Below are positions 11,435 to 24,589 of a stretch of DNA of 64,000 nt, piece after piece. The number at the start of each line of letters is the position of its first letter. The stretch's first letter is position 1. The notes under the pieces were generated by a model that made no database searches, was not told where the DNA came from, and saw only the letters and a program-made list of their open reading frames with translations. A program made the position numbers and the translations under genes. Origin of the DNA: Octopus sinensis (Eukaryota); NCBI RefSeq assembly GCF_006345805.1, contig NC_043002.1, positions 91,946,001 to 92,010,000 on the forward strand, read 5' to 3'.

Positions 11435-11790
11435 AGTTTTTGTCATTGAACTACGGCCATACTGGTGCACTACGTGTAATGGTGTGCGACGAACAAATAA
11501 CCACAGTACTCATATTTTAAAAGTGTAGTACTTATTGTACGGATTTCTTTTGCAGAAACTGCTGAGGGTCTGTGTGTGTGTGTGTGTGTGTGTTTGTGTG
11601 TGTGAGTGTGTGTCTATGTGTAAAGAAAATAACGCTGGTTTTCAAGCAGTTGAGTGGGGACAAACACAATAAACACACACACTTGCGCGCACACACAAAC
11701 ACACTCACACTCACACACAGACACGCATATACATACATACATACATACATACATACATACATACATACATACATACATACATACATACAT
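11435..11790 (-). mobile_element. SINE-A degenerate 3' half
   Basis: gtcattgaactacggccatactggtgcac...tagtacttattgtacggattt...gtggggacaaacac, followed by (CATA)n. Confidence 0.6.
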
Positions 11791-11821
11791 TCATGCATAT
11801 ATCCATAAAATATAAATACGC

Positions 11822-11875
11822 ATATATGTATTTTTGTATGTAAGAATATAAATATATATATTATTATCATTATTG

Positions 11876-11952
<77 letters not shown>

Positions 11953-12191
11953 CAGCAGCAGCAGCGGCAGTATAACAGCAGGTTGCAATGTTTCACCAAA
12001 ATGGAGATTTTTGTAGCAATGTAGGTGTTTTTAACACCCTAGTCACATTTCGTGACAATTATATATATATATGTACGTGTGTTGGTGTGTGTTGTAGAAT
12101 ATATATGTATGTATGTATATTATTATATATATATATATATATAATATATATATATAATATATATATATGTGGTGTTGTGTGGTGTGTATTG

Positions 12192-12235
<44 letters not shown>

Positions 12236-12512
12236 GTGTGTGTGTGTGTGTATATGTGAATATATATATATTATATGTATATATATATATATATGAATAT
12301 ATATATACATATCACACACACACACACACACAGATATATATATATATACATTGCTACAAAAAATCTCCATTTTGGTGAAACATTGCAACCTGCAGTTATA
12401 CTGCTGCTGCTGCTGCTACTACTACTACTACTACTACTACTTCTTCTACTACTACTACCAATAATGATAATAATATATATATTTATATTCTTACATACAT
12501 AAATACATATAT
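11822..12512. repeat. Long inverted repeat (arms 11822-12023 and 12347-12512)
   Basis: gcaggttgcaatgtttcaccaaaatggagattttt-gtagcaatgta and its reverse complement, plus shared (AGT)n/(CAG)n and tatgtaagaatataaatatatatattattatcattattgg. Arms differ mainly in microsatellite length. Confidence 0.9.
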
Positions 12513-12958
12513 ACATATACATAAATACATATATACATATATATATATATATTATGTATAAACAAACGACTTAACGAATACGGAATGTAAAAACAAACAG
12601 GAGGCAAACAGAAAGTCCATAATTCTTCATCAGTTGTCGAATTGGCACTGTTCAGTTTATACATACATACATACATACATACATACATACATACATACAT
12701 ACATACATACATACATACATACATACTACATATTACAGATAAGAATCTAAATTTCGAATGCAGTAAAGCTGAACAGCAGAGAAAGGTAGGGTGATTACCT
12801 TTATAAGACGGAAAAAAGTTGCCAGCACGCGGCCTATGTGCATGCGTGTCTGTGCGTGTGTGCGTATGTGTCTGTGTGTGTGTTGCGTGCGTGTGTGTGT
12901 GTGTGTGTGTGTTTATTATAATTGCATATTGATATATATACACACGTATATACATATG

Positions 12959-13152
12959 TACGAAGGCGTGTTGAAAAGTTCCTGGTTGGAGGCCCATCAT
13001 TTTGAGTTCTTTTACAGGGCTTAGAAAATCAGAAAGACCGCCGCAATAAGTGTGTAAATCTGAAAAGAGAAAATGTTGAATGAAATCATAATTAACTGAT
13101 CCTCCAGTATTTTCTTTTAGCCCAAAGCCAGGAAAATTTCAGCACCCCCTTA
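12959..13152 (+). mobile_element. Mariner-derived MITE with transposase C-terminal remnant
   Basis: TIRs tacgaaggcgtgttgaaaagttcctgg / ccaggaaaatttcagcaccccctta. LQGLENQKDRRNKCVNLKRENVE* (stop 13081-83) resembles the mariner end GIxKLxxRWxKCIExxGxYVE. Confidence 0.8.
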
Positions 13153-13164
13153 AATATATATATA

Positions 13165-13295
13165 TACGATGGGCTTCCTCACAGTTTCCATTAATCGAAC
13201 TCACTCACAATGCTACGGTCGAACCGGGGTTACAGTAGAAGACAGCTGCCCGAGGCTCTGCACAGCGGGACCGAACCAGAAACTAACATGCGCCT
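13165..13295 (-). mobile_element. SINE-A 5' half
   Basis: atacgatgggcttcctcacagtttcc...gtagaagacagctgcccgagg...gggaccgaacc. Confidence 0.75.
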
Positions 13296-13664
13296 TTGTT
13301 GAAAAAAATCATAATCACCCATCGATGGATGCTATTGATTCCACGTAAATTTCCGTCTTCCCGATTCCTTGCAATAATAACGCAAGTGCATAAATAGCAA
13401 CAATTAAGTAAAAACCATAATTTATTTATACACATGTTAGGATTAGCGCTTCCATTTTACCATTGCAGTAAATTGCTGAGAAATTGGGGAAAAGGTTAGA
13501 GAGAAAAACAAAAAAAAAACAAGCAAAAATACGAAATATATGGCTCCAACTATGGTTTCCTATTTTTAACGTCTTCTAATTCGATAAAAAGCGCTTTACA
13601 AGGTTCCTCCTCACCCTTTTCCCCACTCTTTTTTTTTTCCTATTTTTTTTTTGTTTTTGTTTTT

Positions 13665-13934
13665 TTGTTAGTGTACTGCATCATGATCATGATCATCATC
13701 ATCATCAGAACCATCTCGAAAATGGCGTCACCACCATCAATATCAATATCATCGCCATCATCATCATTTCAACATTATCGTCTCCGTCGTCGTCGTCGTA
13801 GTCGTTCTCCTCCTCATCATCATCACCATCACCACCACTATCATCATCATCCCCACCACCGACGCCATCATCATCATCACCACCAGCATCATCATCGTCG
13901 TCGTCGTCATCCTCATCAACATCATCATCATCAA

Positions 13935-13973
<39 letters not shown>

Positions 13974-14450
13974 AATCCTCCTCCTCATCATCATCTACTT
14001 CTGCCCTCCTCCTCCTACAACTCTTCCTATGAGTGTTATTTTTTTGTATTTAGTTATTTTTTGCTCTTTTTTTTTTTCCATAGCCAAAATAGTCAAAATT
14101 GATATATTTTCATACAAAAACAACATATTTTACTAATTAACCATACCCCAAGTATTGCAGAAAATGTATAAACAACAGAAACATGTTTCACAAAAAGCAA
14201 ATCAGGATAATGGGGTGTTTTAACGATTATGCCTTTATATATGCCATTACATACATACACACAACACACACAAACACACCCACACACACACCCACACACA
14301 CACACACACCACACACACACACACATAATATATAGATATATATATATATATATTATTATATATATATATGTATTATTATGTATGTGTAGTATGTATGTAT
14401 GTATGTATGTATGTATGTATGTAGCACACACAGAGATTGATATACAACAC
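13665..14450. repeat. (CAT)n/(CGT)n, (CA)n, (TA)n, (TATG)n microsatellites
   Basis: Direct reading; source of the poly-His ORF. Confidence 0.9.
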
Positions 14451-14453
14451 ATT

Positions 14454-15590
14454 TTGAATGCATCTCAAGAAAACTGTTTCATGCATCAACATGCCCCTGG
14501 TAAGCAGTATAGTGTACCAAATTCTATGTGTATGGTAAACGACTTGATGTAGTTGATTAGTTTGTCTACCTGGGAAGCACTATTAATAGATATGGCAATT
14601 TGGATGATGAAATTCCATATAGAATTAGGAAAGCAAATGTTGCTTTCGGAAGGCTAGAAAAGCGCCCCTGGAGTCGGCGAGACATATGCAGAAAGACAAA
14701 GATAAAGGTGTACAAGGCATGTGTGCTCCCTTCTCTTCTCTATGCCTGCGAGACGTGGGTCACATATCGATACCACCTTAAACAACTGGAACGTTTCCAT
14801 CGGATGTGCCTCAGACGGATCTATGTCATTAAGTGGAAGGACCGTATCAGTGATCTTTAAATATTGGGAGGCTCTCGGTGTGAAAGTATAGAAGCTCTTG
14901 TGTTAAAAAGCAAAGGCTCAAATGGAGTGGTCATCTGGTCAGAATGAAGGATTCAAGGATGCCAAAACATCTCTTTTATGGAGAGTTAGCTAAAGAGAAC
15001 GACCTCCACATAAACCAAAAAAGAGGTATAAGGACTTGCTGAAGGCTTCCTTAAAAGATGCTTGCATCTCTCCTGACACATGGGAAGGCATAGCTATTGA
15101 TCGTAGCAGGTGGAGAAGGATTGTGCATGAGGGGACAGCCACTTTTGAGAACTCTCGAGTTGCACATGAGAAAGTAAGGAGGGATGTCAGGAAGGGCATC
15201 GCTGTTACACTTCCAGAAGGGAAGGGTCTTCCTTAGATGCTAACATGCAATGTCTGTGCAAGACCCTGCCTCAGTAAAGCTGGACTCAAGAGTCATCTTC
15301 GTAGTCATAAAACGAGACAGATGATCACAACCTGGCCACTGGTGGTGGTGTTACACACCATACTAATCATATCTGTCGGGCATGTGGAAGAGAGTGTTAT
15401 TCGGCAGGAGGACTTAAACGACATGCAAAGGTACATGAAGCCCAGTTACAACTACAGCCGGCTATTACCAGTAAAGGTTTTGGTTGTCAATTTTGGGCTA
15501 AAAAGTCACATTCGATCACAGCACCAGTAACAGTTAAGCTTCGTGCAATGGCCATACTCGATAACGAGGGGGCAGCCATAATGTATGTAT
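14454..15590 (+). pseudogene. 5'-truncated RTE-clade LINE (RT thumb, C-terminal domain, C2H2 zinc finger)
   Basis: MHQHAPGKQY...LDVVD*FVYLGSTIN...DDEIPYRIRKANVAFGRL...KIKVYKACVLPSLLYACETW...LERFHRMCLRRI...WSGHLVRMKDSRMPKHLFYGEL...YKDLLKASLK...W...A.DRSRWRRIVHEG; CNVCARPCLSKAGLKSHLRSH; 3' hairpin ctcg ataa cgag before (TATG)n. Multiple stops and frameshifts. Confidence 0.95.
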
Positions 15591-15794
15591 GTATATACAG
15601 TATATACACAACACACACACACATATATATATATATAATAAATAATATATATATATATATATATATATAGGCCGCTCACTTAGTCAGCAGGTGGAGTCAT
15701 TTTAAGGCTAAAACAATGTGAAGCGCATTGTGTCCAGCGATGTGTAGCAACATCTGATAGCCTGGTCGGTCACGGTGATCATACGCTGATCACG

Positions 15795-15833
<39 letters not shown>

Positions 15834-15984
15834 TTAATATATATTATACTATCAGACACACACATATATACATGTATGTATATATGTATGTATTTATATA
15901 TATATACGTCGATATATATATATATGTATATAATATATATATATATATATAATATATATATATATATGCACACACGTACAGAAG

Positions 15985-16215
15985 TATGTGTGCCTGTGTG
16001 TCTGTCCTTTGTCACTGACCATCCCGTGACAAACTGGTGTTGTTTTGTTTGTTACGTCGCCGTAACTGAGCGGTTCGGTAAAGACAATCCGATAGAATAT
16101 GTACAAGATATAAAGAAAAAAGGTAGTACTAGGTGTCGATTCCTTCGACTAAAAGATTCTTCAAGACGGTGCCCCAGAATGGCCGTACTAATGGCTGCAA
16201 CTCTAATGACTAAAA
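15985..16215 (+). mobile_element. SINE-A 3' half
   Basis: ttacgtcgccgtaactgagcggttcgg...agtactaggtgtcg...gacggtgccccagaatggccg...aatgactaaaa. Confidence 0.75.
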
Positions 16216-17034
16216 GATCACAGATACAAGCACACACGCGCACGCACACACACATACATAATACATAAGTACAGGCACATACATGCATACATATATACAT
16301 ACATACATGCATACATACATACATACATAAAAAAGTACTTTGTTGATGTTGAAATTCCAATGAAGGTGTCTTGGATCTAGGTTAGAAACCGGTTTTTTCT
16401 ATATTGGAAAGAAATCTTGAAATACAACTGAATAATGACATAGATGCATGCATGTATGTATGCATGTATGCATGCATATATGTATGTATGTATACATGTA
16501 TGCATGTATTTATGTACGTACATATGTGTGTGATTGTATGTGTGTGTGCATGTATGTATGTATGGTATGTGTGTTTGTATGTGTATGTATGTATGTACAC
16601 ACACACGCGCACATATATAAGTAACAAAGAGATACAGGTGTCAATTCATTACGGCTGTTTCCAACGACTCCTTTAAATGATTAATAAGAACATTACATCA
16701 TTGTAAAGAAACCGTTTTCGACAGATAAATTCATGATATTCAAACATAAAGGACAATTCAACTTATTTAACATGGTTAACAAATTCACGGAGGAAAAATA
16801 TTTACATTGATCCAGCTCCAATTCAGTTGCCAGAATGGATTTATCAGAATAGTGTATATTTGATCAAAGGAGAATTTAGGGATTCTTAGAGTTTATAGTG
16901 AGGGGAGGAGATAATTGACATAAGTGACCCAGTTATCTAAACTATCTGAATATGCATGCTACTCGGTCCTAACAAGGTGCCTCAATTTAAGTACCTAATT
17001 CACTTGAATCTTAACTGTATTATATATATATATA

Positions 17035-17560
17035 TAGTCGAAATTTATAGAAATACAAAAGACGAAGACAGGTGTATGAACAACAAGCAGGTATATTAGT
17101 TTGACATATATGTTATTTATATTGATATATGATCGAACGCCACGCATCTATTTCCATGTACGTTTTATCTTAATAATTCTGATGCACATTCTACACCTAT
17201 CTCTATTCTACCTCCCTCTCTTGTTCTTCTTCTTTTCTGTTTTTCTCTTCCACCCTTTCTCTAATTCTTCTCCTCTCCCCCTCGCTGTTCCCCCCTCTCT
17301 CTCTCTCTTTCTCACTCTTCCTCCTTGACTCTCTCGTTGCTCGTACGTGACCAACGACTATCTATCTTTCGTTCTTCCACTTCCTTCCTAAACATACGAC
17401 GTCTTTTCTCAAAGCTCGTTTTACCAGCGTTCACCACTTCATCTCGTATTGGCTTAACAATCCTCACTGTTTGTTCTTATTGTTTTGTTCTTACTGTCCT
17501 GCTTTTGATTTTTGTGTTCTCGTTTCTCATTTTGTTCACGGTTTTTGACGTCTGTACCAA
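17035..17560. mobile_element. PLE-like remnants: pseudo-LTR end (-, 17035-17105) and probable GIY-YIG C-terminal tail (+, 17340-17550)
   Basis: aaagacgaagacaggtgtatgaacaacaagcag matches 33650-33700 and, reversed, 21058-21098. Peptide LSFFHFLPKHTTSFLKARF...FISYWLN weakly resembles a PLE tail. Confidence 0.5.
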
Positions 17561-17589
17561 TATATGCATGTATATATCATATAATGTAT

Positions 17590-17653
17590 GCATGTATGCA
17601 TGTATGTGTGTATATATGATATATATATAATATATATATATTATATATATATA

Positions 17654-17698
<45 letters not shown>

Positions 17699-18501
17699 CC
17701 ATATATATATACATATATACATATATACTTTATATATATACATAATATACATAAATACATACATACATACATCATACATACATACATACATACATACACA
17801 CATACATACATACATACATACATACATACATACATACATACATACATACATGTCTGGAGTTAATGGGTCACCAGAGCGGCTACAACGGAAGAGGAAGTTA
17901 TGTTCGAACGTTATCCTTCGAACAGCTAATAACAAATTTGTTTATCAGTTGGGGAGGCACGGAGGTTAGTGGGAAGTACAACAACAACAACGACCACAAC
18001 CACAACACAGAACCAACTACAACAGAAGTAGCAACAATGTATTCATTAACAGAGCAGAAAATATCATGAAGAGAAAAAGAACAACTATATCAACGATGTC
18101 AATGTGGGCGATGACGGCGTGCAACAATAAATAAAAAGAATGTCACTTCAACAAGAGAAACAACAACATCATTATCAACAATAACAACAACAACAACAAC
18201 AACGATAACAAAAGCGACAACGACAATGAAATCAATGACGACAGAACGGAAACATGGCGACCATATTACAACTACAAAAGAGGAACAACAACCAACAACA
18301 ATAACAATAGCAACAAACAACGACGTCGACGTCAACTGTAACAACGGCAACAGCAACAAGAACAAGAACAACAACAATAAGATTAAGAACAACAACAAGA
18401 ACAACAGCAGTAGCAGCGATTAAAGCAACAATAACAAAACACCTGACAGAAAGAACCGGAACGTCGACAAGCATAGCAACAGCTAAAAGACATTGGTAAT
18501 C

Positions 18502-18575
<74 letters not shown>

Positions 18576-18600
18576 GGTGGTGGTGGTGGTAGTAGTAGTT

Positions 18601-18676
<76 letters not shown>

Positions 18677-18884
18677 ACGTGGGGGGGTGACAGTTGTGAT
18701 CGTGGTGGTGACGGTTGTGTTATCAACGGTAGCACTATAAGTAGTGGTAGTCGCGGTGATGATGATGGTTGTGATGGTGGTGCGGTTGTCATGATGGTGC
18801 TCATGGTGGTGCGGTTGTCATGATGGTGCTCATGGTGGTGACGGTGTTATCAATATTTGTAGTCGTGGTAGGAGTAGTGACGAT

Positions 18885-18917
<33 letters not shown>

Positions 18918-19054
18918 GTCGTAGTAGTAGTAGTAGTAGTAGTAATAGTAGTAGTAGTAGTAACAGTGGTTGTGGTAGTTGTTGTAGAGGTGGTCGTCGT
19001 CGTCGTTGTAGTAGTCGTGACAGTATCAATAGCAGTAGCAATAACAGCAATAGC

Positions 19055-19108
<54 letters not shown>

Positions 19109-19126
19109 GAAGAAAGAAAAAAGGAA

Positions 19127-19159
<33 letters not shown>

Positions 19160-19360
19160 GAAAGAAAAAACGAAAAAGAAAGGAAGAAAGAAAGAAGGAA
19201 AGGAAAGAAAAGAGGAAAAAGAAAGGAAGAAAGAAAGAAAGAAAAAGAAAGGAAGAAAGAAAGGAAGAAAGAAGAAAGAAAGGAAAAAGAAAGGAAGAAA
19301 GAAAGAAAAAAGAAAGGAAGAAAGAAAGCGAGAAAGAAAGAAAGGACAAAAAGAAGTAAA
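17590..19360. repeat. Simple-repeat block: (TA)n, (CATA)n, (AAC)n, (TAG)n, (TGG)n and an about 300-nt pure purine (AAAG)n tract at 19057-19360
   Basis: Direct reading; includes a 30-bp unit gtgcggttgtcatgatggtgctcatggtgg present twice at about 18780-18840. Confidence 0.95.
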
Positions 19361-20042
19361 GTTAAGATACTATAATGAACGTGTGACACGCCGCCATATT
19401 TATCACAAACGGCGTCGTTTTGTAGGTTTTGTTTGTATTTTCTTTGATTAATTGTTTTAGAAGGTTTTTGTTGGCGGTGTTATTTTAGTAATAAACGTTG
19501 CTTGTGATAGAAGACCTGGTTCTGTTTTGCTTTTATTCTTGTTGACAATGATTTCATGGTGGTTGTTGTTGTTATTCTTGTTGTTGACGACGAGGAGGAG
19601 GCGGAGGAGGAGGGGGAGGAGGAGGAATTGCAGTAACAGACTAAATGATTTCGAGTTAATGATAACTGACAATTATCTATAATAATTTCGCATTTTAACG
19701 ATCAAATAAATATACAAAATATTGAATATATAAATATATAAATACGTATGCAAATATAGCAACATAGTATAGGTGTAACTATGTACGTACGTACATACAT
19801 ACATACATGTATGTGTATATGTAGGTTTTTTTTTTCTAATCATATTGCATAAGTATTATATAAATATATTATATATATATATATATATAATATATATTAT
19901 ATATTATATGTATATATATATATATATATATGAATATATATATATATACATCTATACGAATGTATATACATATATATGTGTGTGAATATATATACACACA
20001 CACACGTATATATAACGTATACATATATATTATGTATATATA

Positions 20043-20081
<39 letters not shown>

Positions 20082-21095
20082 GCTATACGTATATGCATAT
20101 ATATATGTAGGTATATAAATGTTCATGTATGTAAATTAATATATATGATTATATATTAATATATATACACGCATATATAGGTATGCGTGTGCGCGTGCAC
20201 GCGAACAGATATATATATTCATATGAATAAATAGGTGCAAAATTAAATATCTCAATAATTTTGTAAATGACTACAGAAATGAAAGAATATGTAAATATAT
20301 GTATTGCATATATGTAAATGTGAATGTATAAATGTATGAATTTTTGAGTGTGTGTATTTGTGTCTGTGTGCGTGTTTGTGTGTATGTGTGCGTGCGTGTC
20401 CCTGTGTGTATGTATAAATAGACAGAACAGGTATAAATTAACATGATAAATATATGGTTGATTGGTGTTCAGGTTTGTGGGCTTCCTTTACTCTGAATAG
20501 AGTGGTGGAGCGATGGAGGCTTGAGGAGTTGTACTTCGAGATAGATAAGCATGAGCACACATCACATATACACACACACACATGCACACATACACACACG
20601 CACACACGCATACTCACGGACAGATACGAACACACATCGCGAGCGCACACTCATGCAAAAACGCGCGCATTGAGGTGCTCATGTTTATATCTATATATAT
20701 ACTAAATTTTTATATGTGTGTGTGTGTGTGTGTGTAAGTACATAAATATATACATACACACACGCATGCACACATACACACATACACACATACACACACA
20801 CATACACTCGCACAAACATGTATATGTGTGTGAGGGAACGTATATATATATATATATATTATATATATATATATATAATATACACATAGTTATTATATAT
20901 ATTCATATATGTGTGTATGTGTGTATGTATGCAATCATGCAATGCATAGATTACATATATACCTATATACGTATACACACACACATACATGTGTATATAT
21001 AAATTAATATGTGTGTCTATGTATATATATTATATATATATATATAAATATATATATACACCTATCTTCGTCTTTCTTTTCCTATAAATTTCAAC

Positions 21096-21140
<45 letters not shown>

Positions 21141-21430
21141 TGTGTGTGTATTCACGTATTACCTATTTTATCTTTCTAAACTGAAACCTTAATATCGAAA
21201 ATTTTTTCCAAACTCTCTTAGAGCACATTACCATCTTCTCAGGATATTTTGAAAATTATCGAGATTTCATCAATACTGCGACAGCATATATACGGCGTTT
21301 CATACATGATACATGGAAGAGTTCTGTTATTTGGAGTAGTTAAATGGAAACTTGTGAGTATCGGACGCCATTGGTGTTGGCTAAGAACATTTGCAGCTAC
21401 TATCGAAATTTTCCTAGAAATAAAGCATAA

Positions 21431-22119
21431 AAGTTCATTGTAATAATCTTTTCTCCTATAGAAGGAAGGTATGATACTTGGAAGAGGTTATTGGTCGTCG
21501 ATTACATCGACCCTGTTGCTTGACTGATACTTATTTGATAGACACCGAACGGATAAAAATGTGAGGTCGACCTCGGTAAGACCCGCGGAATGCCGTAAAA
21601 CATTTTGCCCATCAAGCTAACGATTTTGCCAACTAGCTAGCCGCTTTAATTTCATCGTAGGGATGATTCCAAATGTTGGCACAGGGCCAGCAATTTCGGG
21701 AGAGGGGTAAGTCGATTACATCGACCCCAGGACTCAACTGGTGCTTATTTTATCTACCCCGAAAGGATGTAGGCAAAGTCGATCTCGGCGGGATTTGAAC
21801 TGAGGGTATGAAGACAAACGAAATGCTGCAAAGTATTTTATCTGGTGTGCTAACGAGTCTACCACCTCGCTGCTTTAATTTCATCGTAATAATCCTTTAA
21901 ACTAAAGGAACAAGGCCTGAAATTTTCGGGGAGGGGACTAGACGATTACATCAATCCCAGTGTTCCACTGGTGCTTAGTTTATTGACTTTGAAATTATGA
22001 AAGGCAAAGTCGACCTCGGTGGGGTTTGAACTCAGAACCTGAAGATGGACGAACTGCCGCTAAGCATTTTATCTGGCGTGCTAACGATTCTGCCACCCGG
22101 CCGCCTTAACTTCGTCATA
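21431..22119 (-). mobile_element. Head-to-tail stack of three SINE-B copies
   Basis: Three copies of tcgacccc...ggatgaaaggcaaagtcgacctcgg...tttgaactcag...gctaacga...gccgc with different tails, separated by a recurring ttaatttcatcgta-like motif. Confidence 0.9.
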
Positions 22120-22253
22120 ATAATGCCAAGATAAGGAGAGTCAGTGATGAAAGTTGTTATGGTTCCTTCTTCAATAAATATTCCTCAAATCTCTTTCAAA
22201 TCACAACGTACAGTCAACTCGAACGCCTTCATCTTTTACACATGATCGCAGTA

Positions 22254-22728
22254 CTGTAAATCCTCGAGTATAGTCCGCCATTGAGTATAATACGCAGGGG
22301 ATTTTTAGGGGGCTGTACCTCTGAAAAACCTAAACCTTGTGTATAATACGCACCTCTTCTCTAAGTTGGTTTGTAAAAATGTATACGATAACGTCCTTTA
22401 TTATTATTGTATGTATAACATAATGCAAACGTGTAGCTATTTTGTGCATTTTGTTTTCAGAAAATAAAGAAATGACATTAATAACGTTTAATAAATGTTG
22501 CTTACTGCAAGTTATGGATGATTCTTTTATGACTTCATTGTTTTCAGGCTTAGCTTAAGGTATTTTCACGCCCGACATCACAAAATAAACATTGCCGGAG
22601 AGCAAATCGATACTCGGACATTGCTTAGAAAATAATTTTTATTTTTAACCTCGTATATAGTACGCACTGGGGATTTTGACCTTTAAATTTTGGGAGAAAA
22701 AATGCGGATTATACTCGAGGATTTACGG
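22254..22728. mobile_element. pogo/Tigger-like MITE
   Basis: TIRs ctgtaaatcctcgagtatagtccgc / gcggattatactcgaggatttacgg; flanks TA and CA (TA target duplication with one change). Partial inverted copy at 35297-35525. Confidence 0.85.
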
Positions 22729-22742
22729 CATCTGCACAAGAA

Positions 22743-22805
22743 AAGGCGGTGAGCTGGAGATATCGTTAGCACATCGGACAAAATATCTGCACAGTATTTT
22801 CGTCA
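22743..22805 (+). mobile_element. SINE-B head fragment
   Basis: aggcggtgagctggagatatcgttagcacatcggacaaaat. Confidence 0.65.
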
Positions 22806-23346
22806 AGAGTGTGTTTTTTGTTCATCTATCACATCCTACCCGAATTTTTTGCTTGTTCCTGCTTCTTACCCCGTTCCCTCACATCAATTGATTCGCCCTC
22901 CAGTATATTGAGCCTTTGCTCAGTACAATATTTCTGTTCCATATCAGTGACCATTTTGCACGCTCACATTCATCTTAGAAAACGTTAACTAATGTATTTA
23001 TAATTTAAATTTGTGACTTACTCAATATAAGAGAAAACTGGTCGGGGGTTAATTGATCAAGTAAAGATTCTTAAATCAGCTGCCTTCCAATTAAGTTCTG
23101 CAGTTAACTTTCATCTACCCTCGTGCTTGTAGTATTCTATGCCATGCCTCTTTTTAACCAATACCTTTATAAACAGCTGCTCATTTTCTGTGTTTTGCTT
23201 GAAAATTTATTTTTACTGCTATTCGCTGGTGCCTCTGGGAAAAATAAGTTGACGAAAATACAGCTAGGATCATGACGAATGTCCTCCTAAAATTGGAGCG
23301 ACATGCGTACTAATTTGTGGACGTGCATAAATTATAGTCACGCACA

Positions 23347-23412
<66 letters not shown>

Positions 23413-23499
23413 GAACACACACACGCGAACACACACACACACATCCTGCCTTTTATACATACAGATACGTTCTACATATAGTTGACATGCCAGCAATAC

Positions 23500-23760
23500 C
23501 AAGCATCGTTGCTATGCAACCTGTATCACGTGTACTTCGTGGCTATCCTACAAGATTCATGCACGCCTCGTTGCTATGGTATTAGTGTTACACACACATC
23601 GTTGATATGGTAACAGTGTCGTACTGACTACTTTGATAAGCACACTAGGATCACACGCACACATGCACGATCGCGCATGCTCACTCTGTTGATGTGGTAC
23701 AATGGTCACTGACACGTCTCGTTGAATTGATACTGGTACCAGTGCAGCTCACACCTCATT
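23500..23760. repeat. Degenerate repeat with core c(c/a)tcgttg(c/a)tatggta
   Basis: Related cores at about 23505, 23567, 23597, 23684 and 23717. Confidence 0.5.
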
Positions 23761-23811
23761 ACCTCCTCGTATATTTCCAACATTTATATTACATAATCTA
23801 TCAGTTTTTAT

Positions 23812-24153
23812 CTTTTCTTTTTTAATTGCTTCAGTCATCAGACCGCGGCCATGATGGGGCACCACCTTCAAGAATTTTAATCGAACGAATCGACCCCAGT
23901 ACTTTTTTAAAGCTTGGTACTTGTTCTATCGATTACCTATGCCGAACCGCTATCTCACGGGGACATAAACACACCAACACCGGTTGTGAATCGATGGCCT
24001 TCTTTTAGTTTCCGTCAACCAAATCCACTCACGAATCTCTGGTCGGTCCGAGGCTATAGTGGAAGACACTTCCCCAAGGTACCACGCAGGGGACTGAACC
24101 AGGAACAATGTGGTTGAGAAGCAAGCTCCTTACCACAGAGTCGCATCTGCACC
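23812..24153 (-). mobile_element. SINE-A, near full length, lacking the internal microsatellite
   Basis: Tail ttgcttcagtcatcagaccgcggccatg through head gcaagctccttaccacag. Confidence 0.9.
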
Positions 24154-24589
24154 TATAGTTTTTATAAATTTTAGATATATCCCTGCGTTGTAATAATTGT
24201 CTAGCACCAGGTCAGGCCTGATCGAACAAATACATGCCCAAAATCATTCCGTCCATAACCATTAGTACTCTCTAAAACAGTAGAGAGTAATTTGAAGATT
24301 TAGTAGTGACCATGTAGAGAGGCAATGGACAAACTACGACCCGCGTTATTTTCTGAATGGCTCGTCAATGAAATATTACCTGGAATTCTTTTTTCTTTTT
24401 TTCTTTTTGTTTTCTTTTTTTGAATTGTGAGCCCCGGCTAATGATAAACTATATCTCGTACGGCCTGCTTCTCGAAAAAGGTAGTCCGTGACTGATGTAG
24501 AGGCTACTTTTGAGTTCGCAGATACATCAAAGTTGATTCATAGTGATTTACTAGTTTACGTGGAAGACTTGATAATGTCACTCTCATTA

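Noticed and set aside
13665-14102. Poly-His/Arg 145-aa ORF
   Set aside because: It is a (CAT)n/(CGT)n microsatellite.
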